A DNA stretch of 64,000 nt, taken from an uncultured Clostridia bacterium. GTDB taxonomy: Bacteria; Bacillota; Clostridia; TANB77; CAG-508. Made by a program: the position numbers and the translations under genes. Position 1 is the stretch's first letter. Each line of letters starts with the position of its first letter. Under the pieces are notes generated by a model that was not told where the DNA came from, made no database searches, and saw only the letters and a program-made list of their open reading frames with translations. The DNA is taken from positions 1 to 64,000 of the forward strand of contig CAUWGC010000001.1 of the NCBI GenBank assembly GCA_963558405.1, read 5' to 3'. Positions 55,601 through 64,000 of the stretch are shown in pieces.

Positions 55601-55845
55601 AAATAGTATTGACAAAAGAGGAAAGTAAATATAGAATAAGGTAGAAATAACTTCTATAAAAGAAGAAAGAACATTGAAAACAGAATAACCCTAAAGAATT
55701 GTGAGAAATCTTCTTGAATAGAAGTGATTTCAAAGGAAAATATAAATTAAAAAGAAAAAATAAAAGCAAAAACAAATAAAAGTAAACTTAAAGAATAAAA
55801 GCAAAATAAATGTAAATAATAAAAATACAAAGGAGGAGAAAGAAA

Positions 55846-57151
55846 GTGAAGAAGATGAATATTAAAAAGGGTAATTCTGGTATAACACTAATAGCTCTAG
55901 TAATAACAGTAATAGTGTTAATAATATTAGCAGGTGTAACAATAAGCTTGGTAGTAGGTGATAATGGTATTATCACTAAAGCAAAAGAAGCAAAGCAAAA
56001 TATGACAAATGCATCAGCAGATGAAAAAGAACTATTGCAAAATATGTTAAATGAAATGAATGAAATAGAGAGTGGTATTGGAGGAGGAGAAGTAACCCCA
56101 CCAACCCCACCAAAAGACCCTATAAAAGACCCAGAAAATTGGAATAAGGATAAAGTGCCAGAAGTAGTAACAGAAGGAAATAGACATGCACCAATTCCAA
56201 AAGGATACGTAGTATCAAAAGTAGATGGAGAAAAGACAATAAGTGGAGGATTAGTAATATATGAAAGAACAGAAGAAGTAACAAACGAAAATGTGGTAGA
56301 AGCCCAAAAAACAAGAAATCAATATGTGTGGATTCCAGTAGATGAAATAAATGATATGATAATGTGTAAAAGTAAGACAGCTGATAGCCAGTGCAAAATA
56401 ATAAAGGTAGAAGATGTTGGTTCACCAAATGGATTCAAATTAAAGTGTTCAACCCATAAATCAGAAGACCTAGCAGGAAAGATATACGATTCAGAAAGGA
56501 AAGATACAGGTGGAGGAGTATATTCTGCTATAATGGACTTTTCGCAAACTAATCAAAGTTACAGTGCAAATAGAAAAGAGCCTGCCGTAGTAGGTGGTGA
56601 CGAAGGACAACAAGTAACATTAAATCAAATGAATAAAGATTTTGTAGAAATGGTAAAAAGCGTATATGTTTATGGTGGTTTCTATTTAGGTAGATACGAG
56701 ATAGGTGTAGGAGGAACTACTAAGAAAGAACAAACTGTATTACGTAATGATTCAGAAGCAAATAATTGGTACGGATTATATAAGACAATAAGACACAAAG
56801 CAACAGGAGATGAGGTCGTAAATAAAGATATGATATGGCGGAAGCCAATATGACCAAGTTATCAAGTTTTTAGGAGATGAAGCACAGATTGCTCATAAAG
56901 ATAGACCGCCTACATCACCACAGCAATCAGGAAAAACAACAGATGTAATGAAAAATATATATGACCTAGAAGGTAATTTTTATGAATGGACACAAGAAGC
57001 GAGCGACACTTACGATCGTACTTATCGTGGAGGCTATTACAACGATGCAAGCCGTAACAGTTGGGGCCCTGCGTCCTATTGGATTAGCAACCTTCCGACC
57101 AGTACCATTGGCAACGCATCCAGTCGTTCAGCACTTTATGTAACGCTGTAA
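55846..57151 (+). CDS. Type IV pilin-like adhesin with C-terminal CLec/FGE-like domain; needs +1 shift at CGG 56839
   Basis: SG-ITLIALVITVIVLIILAGV leader, NQYVWIPV, YGGFYLGRYE, MIW-GSQYD across the shift, NIYDLEGNFYEWT. Confidence 0.85.
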
Positions 57152-57327
57152 AAGCTGGTAGCGATAAATTAAAACGAACTCATGTTTGAGCCAATAAAAT
57201 AATTGAATAAGTCGCAGTACATTAGCGAACAAAGTACGCTAATGTGGAAAATTTAACATTGGAGCACTTTTGAGCATACGTAAGTATGAGCAAAAGGTAC
57301 AAGAGGAAATTTTTAGAGTTAAAATAT

Positions 57328-57369
57328 AACAGTGTAATTTTAAAGTAAATTTGAATTACACTGTTTTTT
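57328..57369 (+). terminator. Terminator after the pilin locus
   Basis: AACAGTGTAATT..AATTACACTGTT-TTTT. Confidence 0.75.
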
Positions 57370-57567
57370 ATTTTATAAAAAACTGCCGAATATTAACCAA
57401 CAAAATACAAAAAATAGTTGAAAAAACAAATTAAATACGATATAATGTGTTATGTCATAAAAGTGAAATTATGTTACATACGTGTTAAATGTTTATTACA
57501 ATTAGGTAAATAGTCTTGACATATGCAAAAAAAATAATAAAATATAGGTATCTAAAAGAGGTGAAGT

Positions 57568-58131
57568 ATGCGAGTAATTAGTGGATTGGCAAGAGGGACA
57601 CATTTAATTAGCGTTGATGAGGATTTTGTAAGACCCACCTTGGATAGAGTAAAGGAATCATTATTTAATATGATACAAACTAGAATTATGGATGCAAATG
57701 TTTTAGATTTATTTGCTGGAAGTGGAGCACTTGGGATTGAATGTATCAGTAGAGGTGCTAAAAAGGCTTTCTTTTGTGATAAGTCTCCCAAATGTATTAA
57801 CGTAATAAAGCAAAATTTAAAAAAGACCAGATTCGAAGAAAAAACATGTATCCTAAATAAGGATTTCAAAAAATGTTTAGAAATATTAGCAAAAGACAAA
57901 GAGGTATTTGACATTATATTTGTAGATCCTCCATATAAATTAAATTTAGCAAAACAAGCAATTGAAAAAATATTAGAATTAAATTTAATTTCAAATGATG
58001 GAATCATTATCTTAGAAACAGATGAAGAAGAACGTGATTTAGAAAACGTAAAACATTTAAATGTGGATATAATAGATAAAAGAAAATATGGAAGAGTTAG
58101 CTTAATATTTTTAAATTCGAAAGGGGCTTAA
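57568..58131 (+). CDS. rsmD: 16S rRNA m2G966 methyltransferase
   Basis: MRVISG, RPT.DRVKE, DLFAGSG, DPPY. Confidence 0.96.
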   Translation: MRVISGLARGTHLISVDEDFVRPTLDRVKESLFNMIQTRIMDANVLDLFAGSGALGIECISRGAKKAFFCDKSPKCINVIKQNLKKTRFEEKTCILNKDFKKCLEILAKDKEVFDIIFVDPPYKLNLAKQAIEKILELNLISNDGIIILETDEEERDLENVKHLNVDIIDKRKYGRVSLIFLNSKGA

Positions 58132-58136
58132 ACCAA

Positions 58137-58574
58137 ATGGAAATATTTACACTACTAGAAACATTGGAAGATATATTAGAAAATAGCAAAAATTTACCAT
58201 TCTCTAATAAAGGAATTGTAGATAAAGAAGAAATACTAGAAATTATAAAGGAAATAAGATTAAAATTACCAGATGAATTAAAACAAGCTAAATGGGTAAA
58301 AGAGGAAAGACAACGTATTTTAGTAGAAGCACAAAAAGAAGCTGACGATATTGTAAAAGAAGCTGAAAATAGAATTATTTCTATGATAGATGAGCATGAA
58401 ATTACAAGAAAAGCATATGAGCAAAAAGCTGAAATTATTGAGACTGCAAATGAGATGTCAAGAGAAATTTCAAAAGGAACTAAAGATTATGCTGATAATA
58501 TTTTAGAAGGAATAGAAGTTGCTCTTCAAGATGCTTTAACAGTTATTCAAAACAACAGAAAAGAATTAAAATAA
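58137..58574 (+). CDS. Conserved coiled-coil protein (ATP synthase subunit b/E-like) usually downstream of rsmD-coaD
   Basis: LPDELKQAKWV..ER pattern. Confidence 0.8.
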   Translation: MEIFTLLETLEDILENSKNLPFSNKGIVDKEEILEIIKEIRLKLPDELKQAKWVKEERQRILVEAQKEADDIVKEAENRIISMIDEHEITRKAYEQKAEIIETANEMSREISKGTKDYADNILEGIEVALQDALTVIQNNRKELK

Positions 58575-58684
58575 GCTAAAAAAAATCGGAAGTTGGAAGT
58601 CTAGAACATAGAAAAGATTTCCGAACTTACGATTTTTTTCTTTGTACTTTAAAATGATAAACTAACAAGAAAGGGATGTAAAAA

Positions 58685-61120
58685 TTGGCAAAAGGAAAAA
58701 GAAGTAAAAAAAATAAGTCAAAAATGAAAATAGATATAGCAGTAGTGGGCGTAATAATTATTAGTATTTTGCTTGCTATTTTAATATATACAAATTCAGG
58801 ATATATTGGAGAACATCTAAGTCCTATGCTAGGTGGTTTAATGGGATTTATGAAATATGTTTTACCAATAGGTATGTTTGCAATAGGAATTTATTTAGCC
58901 TTAGATGATAAAGATTATTTATATACAAAACTTTTTCAATATGCAATATTTATTATTGCTATATCAGCAGTTTTTAGTATATATCAAATATCTGTTGGAA
59001 CAATAGATCCAAATTTAGAATTTGGAGAAGCTGTAAAAAAATCATACGAATTAGGAGAATTTAATATTGGTGGAGGAGTAATAGGTATTTGTGTTGCATA
59101 TCCACTAGTTAAATTATTGGGTACATTAGGAACAGTTATTCTTTGCATAGGAATTGCTATAATACTACTTATTTTTATGTTTGGAATAAGACCATCTGAA
59201 TATTTAGTTGCATTTTTGGATATGCTAGAAGAAAGAAAAGAGGAAAAAAGAGCACAAAAAGAAGCTAGAAAACAAGAAGAAAATGAAAATTCTGTTAGAA
59301 TATCAAAAAGAGAAGAAAGACAAAGAATACGTGAAGAAAAAGCAAGATTACGTGAAGAAGCTAAAAAGCAAGAAGAACCAATGGAAAATCAAATACGTAT
59401 TAATGGATTATTAGAAGATGAAGTAGAAAAAGGAAAACCAAAAAAATATAATCATGATAAAAATGATTTAATTCCTTTAGGAATGGAAAATAAGAAAAAA
59501 GATATTCCATCACCAGATTATATTGAAGCTGATTTATTTAAAAAACAAGAAGAAACAAAAGAAGAAAAGACAAAAGAAGTTTTATTACTAGAACATACAA
59601 TGACAGTAGAAGATGAAGATTATGAATTTCCACCAGTAGCTTTATTAAGCGAAGGTGATAAAAAAGCAAATAAAGGTGGAAAAAAGGCTGTTACAGATAC
59701 AGCTACTAAATTACAAAAAACACTATATAGTTTTGGAGTATCTGCAAAAGTAGAAAATGTATCTATTGGACCTGCTATAACACGTTATGAACTTAAACCA
59801 GCAGAAGGTGTAAGGGTAAGTAAAATAGCAAATTTGGCAGATGATATTGCTTTAAATTTAGCAGCAGAAACAATTCGTATAGAGGCTCCAATACCAGGTA
59901 AGCAAGCAGTAGGAATAGAAGTTCCAAACAAAGAAAATGAAATAGTTCATTTAAGAGAAATTATTGAGGATAATAGTTTTTCTGGTCATAAATCAAAACT
60001 TGCATTTGCATTAGGTAAAGATGTTGCTGGGGAAAACGTAGTAACAGATATTGCAAAAATGCCTCACGTATTAATTGCTGGTTCAACAGGTTCTGGTAAA
60101 AGTGTTTGTATTAATACAATGATAGCAAGTATAATATATAAAGCAAAACCAAGTGAAGTAAAACTTCTAATGATTGACCCAAAAGTTGTAGAACTTTCTG
60201 TATATAATGGAATTCCTCATTTGTTAATTCCAGTAGTAACTGATCCTAAAAAAGCTGCAGGAGCGTTAGCTTGGGCAGTACAAGAAATGGTTAACAGATA
60301 TAGTTTATTTGCAGCAAAAGGAGTTCGAGATATAAAAGGTTATAATGAGTCTTTAGAAAAAGAAGATGGAGAAGAATCAAAAGCAAAATTACCTCAAATT
60401 GTTATTATTATAGATGAGCTTGCCGATTTAATGATGGTAGCAGCAAAAGATGTAGAAGATGCAATTTGTCGTTTAGCACAAATGGCAAGAGCTGCAGGAA
60501 TGCATTTAGTAATTGCAACTCAAAGACCATCTGTTGATGTTATTACAGGTATTATTAAAGCAAATATACCTTCAAGAATTGCATTTGCAGTATCTTCACA
60601 AGTAGATTCTAGAACTATTTTGGATATGGCAGGAGCAGAAAAATTATTAGGAAAAGGTGATATGCTATTTTATCCATCTGGTGCACCAAAACCTACAAGA
60701 GTGCAAGGAGCATTTGTTTCAGATAAAGAAGTAGAAAAAATTGTAGACTTTTTAAAAGCAAATGGAGAAGTTCTTTATAATGAAGATATAATAGAACAGG
60801 TAGAAAAAGCAAATAGCACAGATAAAGAAATAAAAGAAGCCGAAGATGATGACGATGATACAGATCCATTTTTAATGGAAGCTATTGATACGGTAGTAGA
60901 AACAGGACAAGCATCTACATCATTTATACAAAGAAGATTTAAAGTAGGATATGCAAGAGCAGGAAGAATTATTGACCAAATGGAGGAAAGAGGAATTATT
61001 TCTGGTTACCAAGGAAGCAAGCCAAGAGAAGTATTAATGCCAAAAGAAAGATGGGCAGAATTAAAAATGTCTGGTGCAATAGGACAAGCGGAAAAAACAA
61101 GTGACACTATAGAAGAATAA
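58685..61120 (+). CDS. ftsK: DNA translocase FtsK/SpoIIIE
   Basis: TM N-terminus, GSTGSGKS, IDELADLM, ATQRPS, gamma domain. Confidence 0.97.
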   Translation: MAKGKRSKKNKSKMKIDIAVVGVIIISILLAILIYTNSGYIGEHLSPMLGGLMGFMKYVLPIGMFAIGIYLALDDKDYLYTKLFQYAIFIIAISAVFSIYQISVGTIDPNLEFGEAVKKSYELGEFNIGGGVIGICVAYPLVKLLGTLGTVILCIGIAIILLIFMFGIRPSEYLVAFLDMLEERKEEKRAQKEARKQEENENSVRISKREERQRIREEKARLREEAKKQEEPMENQIRINGLLEDEVEKGKPKKYNHDKNDLIPLGMENKKKDIPSPDYIEADLFKKQEETKEEKTKEVLLLEHTMTVEDEDYEFPPVALLSEGDKKANKGGKKAVTDTATKLQKTLYSFGVSAKVENVSIGPAITRYELKPAEGVRVSKIANLADDIALNLAAETIRIEAPIPGKQAVGIEVPNKENEIVHLREIIEDNSFSGHKSKLAFALGKDVAGENVVTDIAKMPHVLIAGSTGSGKSVCINTMIASIIYKAKPSEVKLLMIDPKVVELSVYNGIPHLLIPVVTDPKKAAGALAWAVQEMVNRYSLFAAKGVRDIKGYNESLEKEDGEESKAKLPQIVIIIDELADLMMVAAKDVEDAICRLAQMARAAGMHLVIATQRPSVDVITGIIKANIPSRIAFAVSSQVDSRTILDMAGAEKLLGKGDMLFYPSGAPKPTRVQGAFVSDKEVEKIVDFLKANGEVLYNEDIIEQVEKANSTDKEIKEAEDDDDDTDPFLMEAIDTVVETGQASTSFIQRRFKVGYARAGRIIDQMEERGIISGYQGSKPREVLMPKERWAELKMSGAIGQAEKTSDTIEE

Positions 61121-61159
61121 TATCAAAAGATAAAATAAATTTTGTTAAAAGGAGTTTTC

Positions 61160-62728
61160 ATGGAAAAAGAAGAAATTTTTGCAAAATTAAAAAGAAAAGA
61201 TTATAACAATCAATTGGAACAGGTCTTAGAAAATAAGGCCTTTTCTGAGATTGTCAAAAATTTACTTCTTAGTATGTTTTATAAAATAGAAAATGCATAT
61301 GGAGATTATCAAAAAGTAAAACAAGAAGTTCCAACAAAAGGAGAATTTTTAGAAAATTTAATTCAAATTATTAATGAAGAATGTGAAGAAATTATATTAG
61401 TTGAACCACAGTCAAAAGAAGGACAAGAAATAGAAAAAAATAATATACCATATATTATAAATAAAGAAGAAAAGAAAATTATAGTATATCCAAATGAAAA
61501 AAAATTATTAAATGCAATTTTACAATTAAGTAAAAATAGAATATGCTTTTCTAGCAAAGATACAATTTTTTCTGAAGCAATTTGTGAATTTACTAAAATA
61601 GGAAATTGTATGAATAAAACAGAAGTAATAAGAGATTTTAATGGTTGGTCATGGGATATTAGTAAATTAGAAATAGAAAACATTAAGTATAATTTAATGT
61701 ATCAAAATTTACTATTTTTGGTTGGAGAAGATTTTTTAAACAATTGGATAAAAAATACATTTAGTGAAGTAGAACCAATAAAAATATTAGAAAAAAAGCT
61801 TACAGATGATTATCAAAAAGATGCAGAATTGTTTATAGAAAATTTATATAGAATGATTCTTATAATCTATGCAGAGCAAAATAAAGATAAAAAGGAAAAA
61901 ATATTAGAACAACTATGTTTAAAAAAGAGACAATTAGAACTTTTAGAAAATAAAAAAGAGCTTTTAGAAGAGATTACTAAAAGTAAGAGAGAAATCAACA
62001 AAAAAATAGGAAGAATTGATAAAATTTTAAATGATAACGATTTAATTAGAGAAGAATATCAAAAAAGAAATGCTAAACTTCCAAATAAAGATAAAATTTT
62101 TAGTATAAGTCATTTAGCAGATAGGTTAGAAGCAGAAAGAAAAGTTCATCTAAAGGCAATTGAAGAATATAATCAAATGTTAGATCCTAAAGAATATGTT
62201 ACAAGAAAAAATAAAGTTAAAGAAGAAATTGATTTTTTAGAAAGTTTACAATTAGATAAAGAAGTAAATTTAGAAAATATTTTGTGTGAATTACAAAGAG
62301 ATTTTTTAAAATGTATTTCAATAAAAATTCAAACTTGCCAAAACAAAAAGGATATTATATATTTAATATACTTATTTAGATATTATAATTTATTACCTTT
62401 TTCAAAAGAAAAAGAAATACATGAGATAACACAAATAGAAAATTATTTAGAATTAGTAGAAAGGCAATTATTAAAAAAATCAAAAGAATTAAAAGCGTAT
62501 ATAGATTTAGAAGCTGATGAATTATTGGAATATAAGATTTTTAAAAATATACTAAAAACAAAAATTGTTAATCTAGAAAATATCTCAATAAAAATAAAAG
62601 TAAAAGAAGAAGAGTTAAAAGTAGAATGTTATGACGAAAATATTTTAGAAGAAGAATGGAATTTGACAATATCAAATATGAATGATAAGCTAAAAAAGAA
62701 CAAAAAAATAAAAATTTTAATATCATAA
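61160..62728 (+). CDS. Hypothetical coiled-coil protein
   Basis: ~520 aa ORF with RBS, RDFNGWSW motif. Confidence 0.75.
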   Translation: MEKEEIFAKLKRKDYNNQLEQVLENKAFSEIVKNLLLSMFYKIENAYGDYQKVKQEVPTKGEFLENLIQIINEECEEIILVEPQSKEGQEIEKNNIPYIINKEEKKIIVYPNEKKLLNAILQLSKNRICFSSKDTIFSEAICEFTKIGNCMNKTEVIRDFNGWSWDISKLEIENIKYNLMYQNLLFLVGEDFLNNWIKNTFSEVEPIKILEKKLTDDYQKDAELFIENLYRMILIIYAEQNKDKKEKILEQLCLKKRQLELLENKKELLEEITKSKREINKKIGRIDKILNDNDLIREEYQKRNAKLPNKDKIFSISHLADRLEAERKVHLKAIEEYNQMLDPKEYVTRKNKVKEEIDFLESLQLDKEVNLENILCELQRDFLKCISIKIQTCQNKKDIIYLIYLFRYYNLLPFSKEKEIHEITQIENYLELVERQLLKKSKELKAYIDLEADELLEYKIFKNILKTKIVNLENISIKIKVKEEELKVECYDENILEEEWNLTISNMNDKLKKNKKIKILIS

Positions 62729-62757
62729 TATACAAAAGTAAAGAGAGGAGAAAAATT

Positions 62758-64000
62758 ATGAATGTTACATTTTTAGGTGCTGCAAAAACTGTAACTGGAT
62801 CAAACTTTTTAGTAGAAGGTGCAGGAAAAAAATTTTTAGTGGATTGTGGAATGTATCAAGGTCAAGCAAGTTTAGAAATGGAAAATAATGAACCTTTTGC
62901 ATTTTCAGTACAAGATATTGATTTTATGTTATTAACACATGCCCACATTGACCATTCTGGAAGAATACCAAAACTATATAAAGAAGGATATAGAAAGCCT
63001 GTATATGCTACTAAAGCTACATGTGATTTATGTGCAATAATGTTACCAGATAGTGGTCATATTCAAGAAATGGAAATAGAATGGAGAAACAGAAAAAGAA
63101 AAAGAGAAGGTAAAGAACCACTTCCACCACTATATACAGCAGAAGAAGCTGCCCGTTCTTTAGAAATATTTAATCCTGTACAATATGATGAAATTATTGA
63201 AATCGATTCTAATATCCATGTTCGTTTTAATGATGCAGGTCATATGCTTCGGTTCTAGCATTATAGAAATATGGATAAAAGAAGGAGAAGAAGAAAAGAA
63301 AATAGTATTTACAGGAGATTTGGGAAATAATGATATACCACTTTTGGCTTCTCCAACCATGATAGAAAGCGCAGATTATTTAGTAATGGAATCAACATAT
63401 GGAAGTAGACTTCATATGAGAAATGATGATAAAGCAGAAATGTTTTTAGATATTGTTTCAGAAACATTAGATAATGGTGGAACAGTTGTAATACCATCAT
63501 TTGCAGTAGGTAGAACACAGGAAATATTATACGAAATAAATAAGTTAAAAGAAAAACGTAATGACGAAGAGTTTAGAAGAAAATATAAAACATTAATGCG
63601 TACACCAGTTTATGTAGATAGTCCTTTAGCAATTTCTGCAACAGAAGTATTTAAAGAAAATATGGATTTATTTGATGAAGATGTAAAACATGCAATTGCA
63701 AGTGGAGATAATCCACTAGAATTTCCTGGATTAAAATTTACAATAACTTCAGATGAATCAAAGGCTTTAAACGAAAGTGATGAACCATCAATTATTATTT
63801 CTGCAAGTGGAATGTGTGAAGTTGGCCGTATAAAACATCATTTAAAACATAATTTATGGAATCCAAAAAGCACTATTTTATTTGTAGGATATCAGGCTCC
63901 AGGAACTTTAGGAAGTAGAATTGTAAATGGAGAGAAAAAAGTTAAAATTTTTGGAGAAGAAATTGCAGTAAATGCTAGAATTGAGTATATAGAAGGATAT
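62758..64000 (+). CDS. MBL-fold beta-CASP RNA-metabolising hydrolase; needs +1 shift at CGG 63250; runs off window
   Basis: VDCG, THAHIDHSG, AGHML-GS across the shift, FTGDLG, MESTYG, FAVGRTQE, SASGM. Confidence 0.9.

Noticed and set aside
13237-63258. Calling the four split genes ordinary pseudogenes or homopolymer errors
   Set aside because: Each has a single lesion at the same codon, with no homopolymer context and intact halves; kept only as the alternative to test with reads

Overview
Low-GC chromosomal window from a spore-forming Clostridia-like Firmicute; a TANB77/CAG-508-like lineage is my guess from gene content and pilin style, not a tested assignment. It opens with the 3' end of a 5S rRNA and tRNA-Asn(GTT). 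Next is an ~18 kb integrated island (large serine recombinase, MOB_V relaxase, TnpV, then a putative defence/conflict gene run). The rest is mostly core genome (rpsI/rplM, infC-rpmI-rplT, spoVA, ruvA, rarA, folD, dprA, PBP1A, cysS, ftsH, mutL, miaA, sepF, divIVA, rsmD, ftsK). Main discovery: all four broken reading frames I found (TerB-like/AAA gene, tcdA, pilin-like adhesin, MBL-fold nuclease) break at an in-frame CGG codon. Each is repaired by skipping one base, reading CGGN as Gly (GGN), and in three of the four this restores a family motif. By eye I found no in-frame CGG in any uninterrupted gene. This suggests CGG acts as a +1 frameshift signal (quadruplet Gly codon) in this organism; sequencing error must still be excluded. 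Other highlights: an island DUF4236 protein carrying a near copy of the host FtsK gamma domain, a pilin with a DGR-like variable C-terminus but no RT in the window, 33-bp-periodic repeats upstream of both DUF4143 ATPases, and several promoter-bounded structured RNA candidates. All calls come from motif recognition, with no database searches.
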